Positions 27,009 through 40,159 of a stretch of DNA of 64,000 bases are shown here, in pieces; the stretch's first letter is position 1, and every line of letters starts with the position of its first letter. This DNA comes from an uncultured Mycoplasmataceae bacterium (GTDB lineage: Bacteria > Bacillota_I > Bacilli_A > Mycoplasmatales > Mycoplasmoidaceae), in assembly GCA_900544585.1 (NCBI GenBank), contig UQVX01000001.1, positions 261,717-325,716 on the forward strand, written 5' to 3'. The notes beneath the pieces are model-generated. The model worked only from the letters and a program-made list of their open reading frames with translations. It was not told the origin of the DNA and did no database searches. The translations under genes were made by a program, and so were the position numbers.

Positions 27009-28273
27009 ATAGAGATATTTACACAAATACACATGTTGCTATTAAAATTGAGCATTTATTTTGTGTCTACAATGAAGGCAATGAAAATCAATTAGTGAGT
27101 CTTTGTGATAACAATTTAGAATTAGAAAAAAATAAAATTCATTTCATCATTGGTAGCTCAGGATGTGGAAAGTCAACATTAGTTAATCATTTCAATGGTT
27201 TGTTAAAAAGTCGGTATGGAAATGTTTTAGTTGACAATAATCATAAAATCGGGAATGATTTTTTTTTAAATGATTATTTAATAGGTGTATTGAAACAAAA
27301 TCAAAATGATTTTGAAAATTTTTTTCATAAACAACATTTATATAGTAATCAATTTGGTTACTATGCAGCATTTAGACAAAAGTTACCAAAATCATTAATC
27401 AAAATCATTTTTGAAGCTTATTACAAAATCAAGATTAAAAAGGTTATAACCTTAGTGCCAAAACATAAAACTAATGTTAAGTACTATTTTTTAATTCCCA
27501 ATATTGATGAATATAAAATAGATGTTTTAGATTGTATTAATTTAGACGATATACAAGATGACCAAATATCAAGTAATGATAATTGAGTGATGTTGCTTTG
27601 AAAAAAATATCGAAAAATTAAAAAGATTAAAAAGATTAAAAATCTGAAGAAAACAGTTGGTATTGTTTTTCAATTTCCAGAATATCAATTGTTCAAAGAT
27701 ACTGTATTGAAAGATGTAATGTTTGGTCCGGTAACATTAGGAGTTGATAAACAAGAAGCAAAAACAAAATCAATTGATTATCTTAATGAATTAGGAATCA
27801 ATAATAGTTTTTTAGACAGAAGTCCATTTGATATGTCTGGCGGGCAAAAAAGAAGAGTGGCAATTGCAGGAATTTTAGCATTTGATCCAAATGTTCTTGT
27901 TTTTGATGAACCAACAGCAGGATTAGACCCATTTGGCGAACAAGAAATCTTAAAAATTATTCAAAAAGCCAAAGATGATGGTAAAACAGTAATCGTTATT
28001 AGTCATAACATGGATCATGTTTTACAAAAAGCTGATAATGTCATTGTTATGAATGATGGAGAAATAATACAAATAGGTTCACCATATGAAATTTTTACCA
28101 ACGATAAAATACTAGCGCTCACTTCAATTGATAAACCTAAAATAATTAGCATCATTCAAGGTTTGATAAAGAAAAATTATAAATTTAACAAACTTTGAAA
28201 TTATCAGCCTAGAACAGTGGAAGAATTAAGTTTAGCAATAACTAAAATTGTAAAAAGTGAGAATATAATTTAA
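26987..28273 (+). CDS. ecfA2: ECF transporter ATPase A2 with large internal insertion
   Basis: GSSGCGKST, VFQFPEYQLF, MSGGQKRRVAIAG, DEPTAGLD; in frame through TGA. Confidence 0.92.
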
Positions 28274-28279
28274 GAAATT

Positions 28280-29551
28280 ATGCAAATTGGATTTACCCAT
28301 AATAACTCTGTGATCCACCGACTAAATCCTTCATTAAAATTTATTGCTTTTGTAGTAATAATTGTAATGATTTTTTTGCCATTAGGGTTTTTTGCACAAT
28401 TAATTATTGGTATTTTATTAATTACTCTTTACATTGCATCTAAACTATCATTTAAGAAGTTTTGAAATATTTTCAAATCAGTTATTTTTTTATTTTTAGT
28501 TTTATTGTTAATTAATTGAGTAATTTACAAAGCGCCAATTGCTGTTTATGCCCCTAATGGATATTTCAAAATTAGTATTGGAAATACTAATTTATTTCAT
28601 TTCCAGGGATTAAATCCAGTTGATACATTTAATGATGGTAATAAAATTGGGACAAGCTATGTTTCTTCATTAATTGGGGGGAACATTATTGGATATCTAA
28701 ATCCAATTGATGGTTTTAGTATTAATGGTCAACATTTAACAATTAATGATGTTTTGCAATCAACACCTAATTACTCACTTGATGATGCAACGAGACTATT
28801 TAATTCTTTATCAGTAAATGCACAACAACAAGTTTTGTCAATTTGTAATGGTAATTTAGGATTAGCCCAAAATTATCATTGAATTCTTAATAATGGATTT
28901 GTTTATATGAATCAAAAATATGTGATTCAAGTTTTATCTAATACTAATAATGGGATTGCCAATATTCATAGTGCAGTGATATACCAAAGCAACTGGTATA
29001 CATTGTCACCTCGTGCATTTCAATTAGCACTTTATGTAGCAATTAAAGTATTGTTAATGATTTTAGTAGCAACAATTTTAACTTCTACAACATCATCAAT
29101 TGAATTAGCATATGCATTAGAAGACATACTAAGTCCATTGAAGATTTTTAGATTTCCTGTTGTTGAAGCATCAATGATGATAGCAATTGCATTAAGATTT
29201 GTACCATCATTGTTATCAGAATCACAACGGATTTTGAATGCCCAGTCGTCAAGAGGAATCGACTTTAAAAATGGAACTATCAAAGATAAATTTAAATCAA
29301 TGGCTAGTTTAGTTGTTCCATTATTTAATATTGCATTTATTAAATCAGGAGAATTGGCAAATGCAATGGAGGCACGTGCTTATAGCACAAGACATGCAAG
29401 AACAAGATATAGATCATTTAAACTTAGATTTTTAGATTGGTTCAGCTATGGAGTACTTTGTCTAATTACAGGATTTTTGATTGGTATTATGATTAAACCA
29501 TTATTGTTTACGCCATTTGGGTTGTTTGAATTAGGAATTTTACTTGGTTAA
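28280..29551 (+). CDS. ecfT: ECF transporter transmembrane component T
   Basis: HRLNPSLK, IALRFVP, AQSSRG, AMEARAY. Confidence 0.92.
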
Positions 29552-29553
29552 AA

Positions 29554-30285
29554 ATGAATTACAAATTAACTATTAGCTATAAAGGTACTAATTATTCAGG
29601 GTTTGCAAAACAAGTTGGTGTTAACACAATTGAACAAACAATAATTGATGCTATAAATGACTTGTTTCAAATTAAAGTGAAATTATTTGCATCTGGAAGA
29701 ACAGATAAATATGTCCATGCATATGGTCAAGTAATCAACATTAAACATGAAAATTTAGCATTTGAGCCCCCAATCATTTTGAAGGCATTAAATGCAAAGC
29801 TGCCAAGTGATATTCGGGTTTTAGAATGTGAAGAAGTTGATAATAAGTTTCATGCTCGCTTCAATGCAAAACATAAAACTTATCAATATTTAATTAATCT
29901 CAATTCACAATTTAATATTTTTGAACAAGAAATTGTGTATCAATACAATAAAGATGTTGATTTAAAAAAGCTAGATCTTTTTTTAAATTTGATTAAAGGA
30001 CAACATAATTTTTTGTCATTTTCCACATCTGAATTAGAAAATACGACTAGAGAAATATTTGCCACTAATTATGAAATAAAAGATGAAATTTTAAAAATTA
30101 CTATTACAGGAAATGGATTTTTAAGAAATATGGTGAGAATGCTCGTTGGAGCATTTTTAGACTATAACGAAGATAAAATTGATCTAAATCATCTCAACCA
30201 AATGTTTTTAGAACCTAAAAAGGGTGCTGCAATTAGAAAAGCCCCTGGGGGCGGATTATACTTAATGAGTGTTACTTATGTTTAA
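29554..30285 (+). CDS. truA: tRNA pseudouridine(38-40) synthase
   Basis: SGRTDKYVHA, FHARF, GFLRNMVR. Confidence 0.97.
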   Translation: MNYKLTISYKGTNYSGFAKQVGVNTIEQTIIDAINDLFQIKVKLFASGRTDKYVHAYGQVINIKHENLAFEPPIILKALNAKLPSDIRVLECEEVDNKFHARFNAKHKTYQYLINLNSQFNIFEQEIVYQYNKDVDLKKLDLFLNLIKGQHNFLSFSTSELENTTREIFATNYEIKDEILKITITGNGFLRNMVRMLVGAFLDYNEDKIDLNHLNQMFLEPKKGAAIRKAPGGGLYLMSVTYV

Positions 30286-31249
30286 GGTAATGAAAGCTTT
30301 GTTTGCCATCACACATTTGTGCAAAAATGTAGTTAATTGCTAATGTTGCCTCGCTTATGCCACTAGCAATCATGTCAATTTTATTGGGATTATAACAGCA
30401 GTTGCCAGCTGCAAAAAAATTAGGTACAGATGTTTGACAGTGTTCATCAACAATAAATTTTAATTTGTGTTTATTAAAACTATCTCATTGATGAATTGGT
30501 GAGCCCAAACTCTTCAAACCAAATTGCACTAAACCATAATCATAAGGAAACGACATCATCTTTTCCTTATTTTTAATTGTGTAGCAATTGTTATCAATGG
30601 CTACTAATTCACTTTCTAAGTACAAATTCACACCACTTTCAATTAGTTCATCTTCATCATGAATAATTGCCCGTAGGTTTTCACCTCGGTGAACTAAGTG
30701 TACTTTTGATGTAGGAAACTTAGTTTTAATTTGATGTGCATACTCAACTGCTGAATCACCACCACCAAATATAACTACCTGTTTATTGTTAGCATCATAA
30801 TTGTTGTCATGATGATAAAAAACATTGTCTATAGTTGTGCCTTGAGTGATGCTATCATCCAATTTGATTGGTTCAAATGCCCCAGGACCTGTTGTAAATA
30901 AAACATATTTAGTTAAATACATTTTCCCATTACTATCAATTAAAGTAATTAAATTGTTGGCAACTTGATAACTTTCAATTTGAATGTTAGCTAAAATCTT
31001 AGTATTATCAAATTGAGTTGCTTGATTATAAAGATTACGGATTAAATCGCTAGCTTTTATTTCCACATGCCCAGGAAAATCAATGATAGTTTTAAATGGA
31101 TAGAGTTTCATCGCTTGACCGCCTAAATTATGGTCTCTCTCTAAACACAAGGTATTCATATTAAAATATCCAGCTAGAAATGTGGCATATAATCCAGTTG
31201 GTCCTGCACCAACAACAATTAAATCGTAAACTTGTTTTTCTGTTTTCAT
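30272..31249 (-). CDS. TrxR-fold flavoprotein lacking CxxC; ferredoxin-NADP+ reductase (YumC-like)
   Basis: GAGPTG, LGGQ...LYPFKTIIDFPG, GGGDSA, FFAAGNC; no redox CxxC before the NADPH motif. Confidence 0.8.
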
Positions 31250-31347
31250 TATTTTCTTAATTTCTTATTTATTTAATAAATCATATAATTAATCTTAAGC
31301 ATATCAAAAAAACATTATTTTTATTAGATGGGAATTTTAAGAACAAC

Positions 31348-31893
31348 ATGACACCAAATGAAAATAAAAAAAGTGTGATTATGATTAAACCAAAAGACGC
31401 TACCAATATGGGTATTATTAAAAATTCTACTAAGAAAGTAGTTATTAATGACACATTGGTAGAAGTCTTTTGGCCAGATAGAAGTGAGATTAAACATTTT
31501 TTAACAAGCAATGCATTAAAAAGAGATTTAGTTTTAAAAACAATGTCAGATCCAACTGCTAAAAAATACTATAGATTAAACAGTAATAAGAATGCTAATT
31601 TTCGCCGGATTATTAGCCTCGATGTTTTAGATGAATACAAGGCATCCACCAAACAAATAAAAACAACAAAAATTTCAAGTGCTAAAGCACCTGAAAATGA
31701 TCTTGATAATGATCTTTTTGACATGAATCCTATTCGTAAAATGAGTGTCGATTATAAAGTTCTTGGCGACCAATTCTTAGAATTATTTGAAAACACATTA
31801 CCTGAGGATTTGCCGGGTATTTTCAAGAATATTAACAATAAGTTGACCAGTCATGACAACCAAGCATTAGTAGAAGTACTTTACAAAAAATAA
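31348..31893 (+). CDS. Hypothetical protein (181 aa)
   Basis: Uninterrupted ORF, typical codon usage, no recognisable motif. Confidence 0.75.
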   Translation: MTPNENKKSVIMIKPKDATNMGIIKNSTKKVVINDTLVEVFWPDRSEIKHFLTSNALKRDLVLKTMSDPTAKKYYRLNSNKNANFRRIISLDVLDEYKASTKQIKTTKISSAKAPENDLDNDLFDMNPIRKMSVDYKVLGDQFLELFENTLPEDLPGIFKNINNKLTSHDNQALVEVLYKK

Positions 31894-31906
31894 GTTAAAA
31901 CAAGGA

Positions 31907-33739
31907 ATGATTAAGATGATAAAAAAACATTCAAAAAATAAATTAAATTTTGAATTGACTAAAAAGGGCAAAAATGCAGTTTTAGTTAAAAATAATAATG
32001 GTAGTTCAGATAACTTTATTTCACAATCATTTATAAATTTGAAGGATTTCTATAATAAATCATTAACATTAGGCGAATGAGTTGATAATTTAAAAACACT
32101 AAAAATTAGTGATGGTACATGGGATGAAGATTTTTTATTAGTTAATATTTCTAATAATGATGAACAAATTAATGATGCTTTTAAAATTAAGCGTAATTTT
32201 AAAAAACAAAATAAAGATGATTATAATTTGCAAGCTGGTAAATATCTTAAAAAGTATAAAAAAGGTCTAGAGAAAGAACTTGATGATTATTTAGAGCTAG
32301 TTGATGATGTAATTTATAATATTGAAGTCGACTGAAATGATGCTCATAACTTTGAGCATAAACTAAACTTATATAATACCACACTAGAAAAAGTAGAAAA
32401 TACAGATCCATCACCTAAGACTATTCTTATTGAAAAACCCCAAAACAGTGACATTAATGCTGTTAAAAACATGAAAGACATGGTTTGGAATTCACAAGCA
32501 ATCAAGGACGCAAAAGAAAGCAATGGTGATGCCTTTGATGCTAAAACTTACACAAAATACTTAAAAAGCATTTCATATAACAGTGTTGCAAAAGTATTGG
32601 ATCAAATCATTGATGAAGGTTATAGTGTTAAGGGGATCACAAATGCATTGAAAAACCTTTGAGATGCAATTTCTACAAAAAAAGTGTCTTCACTTAAGAA
32701 ACCATTATATGAATTGCTAAGTGCCTTACAAAAAGATTCAGATAATGCTCAAAAGATTGTCAAAAGTCTACACAAGGATTGAAGTGCATTTAAAAAAGTT
32801 TCTGATATTGAACTATTAAATAATATTATTAGCCACATTAATGTTGATGCAATGTTAAGAGATTTAGAAGATGAAATCAATGATTACCGCATTCTTTTTG
32901 ACATTATTTTAAGAAGATATGCAATTGCCCAACATATTGCAAAGGATTTGTTTATCAAAGAAGTAAAAGCAGCGGCAAATTTTGATGATCGGTTTAATGG
33001 CACTAGAAAAAGAAATTTATTAGCTAATGATGCTATTTTTGACAAAGATGACACCATAAAAATTAAAGATACTGATAAACTTGCAGATTATCATTATGTT
33101 GAAAAGTTTAGAGAATCACTTTATGATTCAATTGTAAATGCTAGCAAGATTAAAGTGGTGGCCCAAAAAGAAAATGCAATTGACGAGAAGTTGTTAAATA
33201 ATTATTTCCAAAAGATCAATGTTGAAGCAGGAATTTTGTATGATCTTAATGAACTTTTAGCATTATTAGAAGTTCAATATGAAAAAGATAAGAAAAAATT
33301 GGTTGGTAATAAAAAAGACCCTAAATTAGATAGTGCTATTTTGTATAGTTACCAACAAGGTTTGTTGATTAAAAAATTAAGTGCATTTAATATGATTTAT
33401 AAAAATGCTATTTTTCATTTAAAAAACTTGTTGGACTTGCAAAATGATCTTGAAATAATCTTAATGAATACGCACCAAAATTGATTAGTTTATTTTGATA
33501 AATGAATAGAATTTAAAAAGGTTCATATTAATAAAAATAGTCAAGAATTTAAGGGCTTGAAAAATACTACACTTGAAATTACTCTACCAAGTGATGACAG
33601 TGAAGAAAAGCCGGTCAAGGCAAAACCTGTATCAGCTAAAAATTTAAAGGTTTTAGAAAATAAGTTTAGTAAGGCAGGGGTTAAAATCGAGGAGATTGTT
33701 AATATAACTAAAAATGAATTAGAAAATGAACAAAGTTAG
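31907..33739 (+). CDS. Hypothetical soluble, helix-rich protein (about 610 aa)
   Basis: AAGGA RBS-like sequence; track fragments at 32471, 32852 and 33557 share one frame through TGA; stop overlaps next ATG. Confidence 0.8.
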
Positions 33740-34589
33740 AGTTATTGCAACCGACTTAGATGGAACCTTATTACATAATCGTTCTACAATTAGTAAAAAA
33801 AATTTAATAGCACTAAAACGTTTTATTTGTGATGGTGGAATTGTTTGTTTTGTCACTGGAAGGTGTTTTGTATCAGCTAAGAGTCATGCTGACAAGTTTT
33901 ACAGTAAGACAGGATGTAAAATTCACTTTTTGTCATGTTTAAAAGGGGCAGTCCTATATGACAATATTGAGAATAAATTTATTTATCAAAGAATAATGTC
34001 TGCAAATATCACATCAAAAATTTTAGCAATTAGCAAGCAAACTAAATGCTGTTTTGCTGCTTATTTTGAAAAAGATATCTATAACAAAAATATGTGAATT
34101 TATGGCAATAATAAAATTGTTTGGCTATTGAACAAAATTAGAATTTTACCTAATTGCTTGACAATTGCAGATCAAGACGCAAATGAAGCTTCTTACAAAA
34201 TTAATATTAGTGGCTTTAAATTCAATCTCAGTATTTTTAAACAATTAAAAGCTTTGCAAAATTGTTATCAACAAATAAAAAGTAAACTTGGTGGTGAAAT
34301 TGATATTGCAAAAACATCGAAATACATGTATGAAATTACAAGTAAAAATTCTAATAAAGGGATTGCAATTAAAACAATTAGTGAATTATTAAAAATTGAT
34401 CTTAATGAATTTGCTGCTTTTGGTGATTCTGCAAATGACATAGAAATGATGAAATTAGTAGGACTGCCAATTGCAATCGGAAATAAAAATTGCAACTTAA
34501 ATAAAATTGTCAAACACAGTATTATAGGATTGCAAAAAAATGCTGTGGGTAAGGCTATAAATAAATATATTTATTTAGGTAAAAAATAA
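33726..34589 (+). CDS. Cof-type HAD hydrolase
   Basis: DLDGTLL, VTGR, NKG, FGDSANDIEM. Confidence 0.93.
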
Positions 34590-34647
34590 TTTATAATTTA
34601 TGAAACATTGATTTTTCTTATTTTATTTAATTTAGGTAGCAACAAGA

Positions 34648-36249
34648 ATGAGAAAATTGATTCTAGAATTATTAGATATTAATAAAGTATATGAAGATGG
34701 TTTTGTTGCTATCAAAGATTTTAATTTAAAAATTAATAAGGGAGAATTTGTCACATTACTGGGTCCTAGTGGTTGTGGGAAAACAACTATTTTGAAAATT
34801 ATTGGTGGATTTAGTTATCCCACTAAAGGCAAAATTCTTTACAATGGCATTGATATTAAAGACATGGATATTACCCAACGTCCAACATCAACTGTATTTC
34901 AAGATTATGCCCTATTTCCTAATATGACAGTTAGGCAAAACATTGAATATGGTTTAAAACTAGTGAGAACACCACTAGTAGGTGTGGATAAAGATATATC
35001 TAGACAAGCCAATAAAATTTATAGTGCTAGTGAAAAAATAGCACAAAGAAAAATCCTAGAGATTGAAAAAACTAAAAAAAATATCAAAAAAGAAATTGAT
35101 AAATTAAGTAAGAAATACCAAAAGAATCCCTACTTAGCTGAAATTATGGAAATGAGAAAACCAGAATTTCTAGCGACTTTAGATTCTTTGTATCAAAAAT
35201 TAGATGAACAATATGGCGAAGATTATGTTTCTAAAGTAAGATTTAGAGATAAGTTTTTTACATTCTTAAATAATTTGTTGAATGAATTGAGAATTAATTA
35301 TCAATTTAAAGTTTCAATTTCTAAAATGAATGAAATTGAAAAACAAATTCACAATTTAAAAAAATGGTATCACTATAAAAAACCGATTGACAATAAGTTT
35401 GTTGCTCTTAACGAAAAATATGATGATTTAGATTATGACATTTCTTATTGACAAAATTATCCTGATTTAAAAAAGGAAGCTTTTGAAAAAAAAAATTTAA
35501 CCAGAAAACTTAATAAACAAGAAATTGATGAACGTGCTACCAAAGTGATTGAACTAGTAGGATTAGTTGGAAAAGAGAATAATTATCCAAGTGATTTATC
35601 AGGTGGAATGCAGCAAAGAGTTGCATTAGCACGTTCAATTGTGATTGAACCCCAAATATTATTGCTAGATGAACCACTTGGGGCATTAGATGCCAAAGTT
35701 AGAAAGCAATTGCAAAATGAAATCAAACGTCTTCATCATGATTTAGGATTAACATTTATTCTAGTTACCCATGACCAAGAAGAAGCACTAATGTTGTCTA
35801 ATAAAATTGTGGTAATGTCAGAGGGCAAAATTGAGCAAATTGGCACACCAAATGAAATTTATGATACACCAAAAAATTTATGGGTTGCTAATTTTATTGG
35901 TCGAGCTAATATTTTTAAAACTATTGCTTTGTCAAGTAAACAAATTACATTAGCTAGCAAGACAATTAATTTGCCAGTTAACAATGATTATCATTTACAT
36001 AAAAATGAGTCAATAAATGTTGTTATTAGACCAGAAGATCTACAAATTATAGAGAACAAAACTGGTTTTATCAATGATGTCAAAATTGTTGATGTAACCT
36101 ATAAAGGTTTAATGTATGATATCAAATGTTTATGAAATGAACATACTATTAATGTTGAAAGTATTAATCAATATGAAATTGATAAAGTTGTAGCATTAAA
36201 TTTTGATGTCAATGATATCCATATCATTAAGGATAGTGACAATGAATAA
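34648..36249 (+). CDS. potA: Spermidine/putrescine ABC ATPase
   Basis: [35 protein letters not shown]; mycoplasma-type helical insertion. Confidence 0.95.
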
Positions 36250-37147
36250 AAAAGATATCAAGAAAAAACAAAAATTTTTAAAAGTTGAAACTAGTCAAGC
36301 TAATAACTTTGTTAATAAACTAACAATTAATAAACGATTGTCATTGATTATTCCATTTATTTTAATTACCATTCTTTTAGTTGTTGCACCATTAATTGTT
36401 ATTATCATCAATATCTTTAATCCTTCTAGTGGTACTGTACAAGATAATTGAGGGATTATGACAGGTACAATTTGAAATAAAATTGGTAAATCAATTTGAA
36501 TTTCACTAGTTAGTACAATAATTATTCTAGTTATTTCATTCCCATTTGCTTATGCATTAGCGCAATCAAAAAATAAAGTATTTCAGACTTTAACGATTCT
36601 CATTGTTACTGCACCAATCTGAATTAATATCCTTATCAAATTAATAGGATTAAAAAGTTTGTTTGACATTATGAATCATGAACTTAATAGTACTTATGGT
36701 GATATTTTTACTATTATTGGATTAGTATATTTATTCATGCCCTTGATGATTTTGCCAATTTATTCTGCATTACAAACACTACCAAAAAATTTAATTAATG
36801 CTTCGAAGGATCTAGGTAGAAGTAATATCTATACATTCTTTATGGTGACAATTCCTTGGTGCAAGACTGCAATCATTAGTGGCATAACACTAGTATTGCT
36901 ACCATGCTTCACAACTGTAACTGTAACTGCTTTCTTAAATAATAGCAATGATGGAAGTATGATTGGTGGAGTGATCATGGGCCAAGGTGAATCAGGGTTA
37001 AGTAGTCCAATTGCATTAGCCAGAACATCTGTCTTAGTTTTGATCGTTAGTGGTTTTACATTACTGTTGTACATGTCAATTGTTTATCTACCAAAAATAT
37101 TATTATTCATTAAAAGAAAGTGAGAACAAAGACACTATGAAAAATAG
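36242..37147 (+). CDS. potB: Spermidine/putrescine ABC permease
   Basis: MILPIY...NLINASKDLG loop; TM helices; operon position. Confidence 0.9.
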
Positions 37148-38024
37148 ATTTTTACACTTTCTGAAAAGTAGTTATATTTTCATCATTGTAGCAGCAACTT
37201 ATATTCCTTTAATTATTGTCATTATTTTGTCTTTTACAGCTCCAAGTGATAAAGGAAATTTAAATCTTGGATTTAATTTTAACAATGGAGAAAATTGATT
37301 AACATTATTTAAAAATAATGAATTTACTAATGCATTATTAAATACTATTATCATTGTTGTTATTACTGTGCCAATATCAACAATTATTGCTACAATTACA
37401 TGCTTTGGGATTTGAAATTCTAAACAGTTTTATGTTAATACTGTTATGAGCACTTCTAAAGCAAACATGCTGATCCCTGATGTAATTACAGGGATAGGAT
37501 TAGCAATTCTATTCTCTATTACAATTATTCCACTAGGTATTAATTTAGGATTTGCAACAGTTGTATTAGCCCACATTTCTTTTTGTACTCCATATGCAAT
37601 TATTATTATTTATCCTAGAATGCAAAAAATGAATAAAAACCTCATCCTAGCATCAATGGATTTAGGATATTCACAAATTGTAACTTTTTTTAAAGTAACA
37701 ATACCATTTTTACTCCCAGCCATTTTTAGCGCCGCAGCAATTGTTTTTTCCATGAGTTTTGACGATTTTATTATTACTAAATTAGTAGGTGGTAAAGTTA
37801 ATACAATCTCTACAGAAATTTATAGTATGGCTAAAGGTATCAAGATGTGGGCCGTAACATTTGGAGCAATCATTATTATTATTGGTATTACTATCACCAT
37901 TATTATTGGTATTAAAAAATACATTGAAGAGAGACAAAAACACAAGGCAATTAGTCTTAATAAATTTAATGGTCGAATTAAGAAAAGCTTAAAAAAGGGA
38001 ATAGAAAATGAGAAGTTGAATTAA
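37137..38024 (+). CDS. potC: Spermidine/putrescine ABC permease
   Basis: PDVITG, AHISFCTPY, ASMDLG, SFDDFIIT. Confidence 0.92.
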
Positions 38025-39411
38025 AAAAACTTTGTTAGGAATAAGTTCAACTGTTGTTGGTTTAGGAATCATTGTTTTGCCATTTTTAATTTTTGTTCAA
38101 CCTAGCAATGAATTTGTTTTTGGTAATTTTCAGTCCTATATGTCTGATAATGTCAAAGATGATCTTAGCAGCAAATATGAAATTAATTGACAATATTATG
38201 GTAGTAATGCTGAAATACCTACTTATATTCAAAACAAAACTTTAGATTTAGCAATCGCAACCAACAATATGATAGCTCAACTGGCTATGAGTGACCAATT
38301 ACTGCCAATCCCATGAGATGAATTTAATTTGACTAAAAATGATGGGAGTAAAATCAATAGTTACAAGGATTTAAATGGGTTTGTTTCTGATGCAACATGA
38401 TGGCTATCCAAAACAATTGGTGGGGAGATTAAATTACCAAACGTAGATGGTGAGCCATGTGATAATTTGTTGGCATATTGTGTGCCTTATTTTTTGCAAG
38501 ATTTTACATTCTCTTACCGGGGTAAAAAAATCAAAGAGTTAAGTAATGAATCAATAAGCTTTAAAGCGATCTTTGACCATATTAGCAATGATGCAGAATT
38601 TACTTCTAAAGAATCTAATGTGATGATGATAGATGATTCACGCTCTGTTTATGATATTGCTAGATTTGTTAGTGATGCTAGCGATATCAACCCAAGTCCT
38701 GGTATTTTGAATTCTGGAGCAGATTTAAATTCTGCTATTGCCCCATCAATTCAAAATCTTAATAACACATATGACAATATTGCTAAATATTACACTAATA
38801 AAAAAAAGAGAAATATTCTTACATTTAATAGTGATTCATCGATTGTCTTAAATAAAATCGCTCTTAATCAAACAAAAGGTGCATTCATGTATAATGGTGA
38901 TGCCATTTACGCTGCAATGGGTGGAGATAATGAAAGCGATCAAAATGGTTTACCCCAATTTGGGGCTAATCAAGACTTTTATAGCATTGTACCTAAGATC
39001 AATTTTTATGCCTTAGATGGTGTGGTTATCAACAAAAGTATTGATCCAAAAAAGAAAAAATCTGCTGTTGAAATTATTAAATCACTTTGTTTGTCTGGAT
39101 TGCAACAAGGTGAAATAATCTCAGAAAAAGATCCCACCACTGATGATTACAAATATTTAAGTGCACAAAATTTTAGTTTTTTAAACTATACGCCTTGCTA
39201 CCAATCACTATATGAATATGCTATTGATCCAAGTGAAAATGGTTATTTTAGCCAAACTGGCATTGAAGATAATGCACAAAAACAATTACTAATTGATTTA
39301 ATAAAAATTAATTCAGACCAAATTAAACAAGAAAATATCGAACTACCAGTGACAGAGTTAACCAAATCTAATATTAATCTAGCCTACCTTGACTTCAAAA
39401 ACAAAATCTAA
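38008..39411 (+). CDS. potD: Polyamine-binding periplasmic-type protein
   Basis: N-terminal TM anchor, FGNFQSYMS, YCVPYFLQD, MYNGDA; last gene of pot operon. Confidence 0.8.
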
Positions 39412-39805
39412 AGTTGCTTTGTTCCCTGGTAGCTTCGATCCCTTTCATGATGGTCATTATGCTGTTTTAATGAAGGCTCAACAAATTTTTGATGAGGTCA
39501 TTATTTTTATTGGTGTGAACCCTAATAAAAAGAGCAACAATTTAGAAGCAAGAGCCCAACAAGTTAGCCACTATCTTAAGCAGAAAGGCTTAAGTAATAA
39601 AGTTATTTATGGTCATCAATACACTGTTGATGTAGCCAATCAAAATCATTGTGATTTTTTAATTCGTGGCTTAAGAAATGATAATGATTTTAAATACGAA
39701 ATTGATTTATATCAACAAAATAAATTCCTCAATCCTAAAATAGAAACTATCTATTTTCTTGCTGACGAGGAATTCATTAATCTACATAGTAGTAATAAAA
39801 AATAA
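39389..39805 (+). CDS. coaD: Phosphopantetheine adenylyltransferase
   Basis: FPGSFDPFHDGH, IRGLRN..DF.YE. Confidence 0.95.
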   Translation: MTSKTKSKVALFPGSFDPFHDGHYAVLMKAQQIFDEVIIFIGVNPNKKSNNLEARAQQVSHYLKQKGLSNKVIYGHQYTVDVANQNHCDFLIRGLRNDNDFKYEIDLYQQNKFLNPKIETIYFLADEEFINLHSSNKK

Positions 39806-39806
39806 A

Positions 39807-40118
39807 TTATTTCAAACTATTAATTTTAGCTTTTAAAGCATCTGCATCCATGAAACCAACTGTTCTAGTTAGTTCAGTACCAGCTTTGGTGTAAACAATT
39901 GTAGGTACTGATTGAACACCATACATTGATGCAATTTCATTAAATTTGTCAATATCCACTTTGACAAAATTAACATCTGCTTTCATTTCATCTGCAACAC
40001 TACTAAAGACTGGGCCTAGCATTTTGCATGGTCCACATCATGTTGCAAAAAAATCAATTGCAGTTATTTTGTCTTCATTAATTAATGATTGAAATTGTTC
40101 TAAGCTTTGAATTTCCAT
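39807..40118 (-). CDS. trxA: Thioredoxin
   Basis: DFFATWCGPCKML (W encoded by TGA), VQSVPT. Confidence 0.97.
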
Positions 40119-40159
40119 AGCTTATCCTTTCTTACTACTATCAATATAGCATATTAATT

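Noticed and set aside
27613..27645. Short 9-nt tandem repeat (KIKKIKKIK) as a phase-variation element
   Set aside because: In frame, only about 3 copies, and matches the normal basic helix before the Q-loop
28530..29000. Large extracellular insertion in EcfT
   Set aside because: Long EcfT proteins are known in pneumoniae-group mycoplasmas
30272..31249. Thioredoxin reductase
   Set aside because: No redox-active CxxC; fits a YumC-type ferredoxin-NADP+ reductase better
35486..35495. A10 homopolymer in potA as a slippage site
   Set aside because: Frame is intact and such runs are expected at this AT content
34960..35520. Large helical insertion in PotA
   Set aside because: Known feature of mycoplasma PotA proteins
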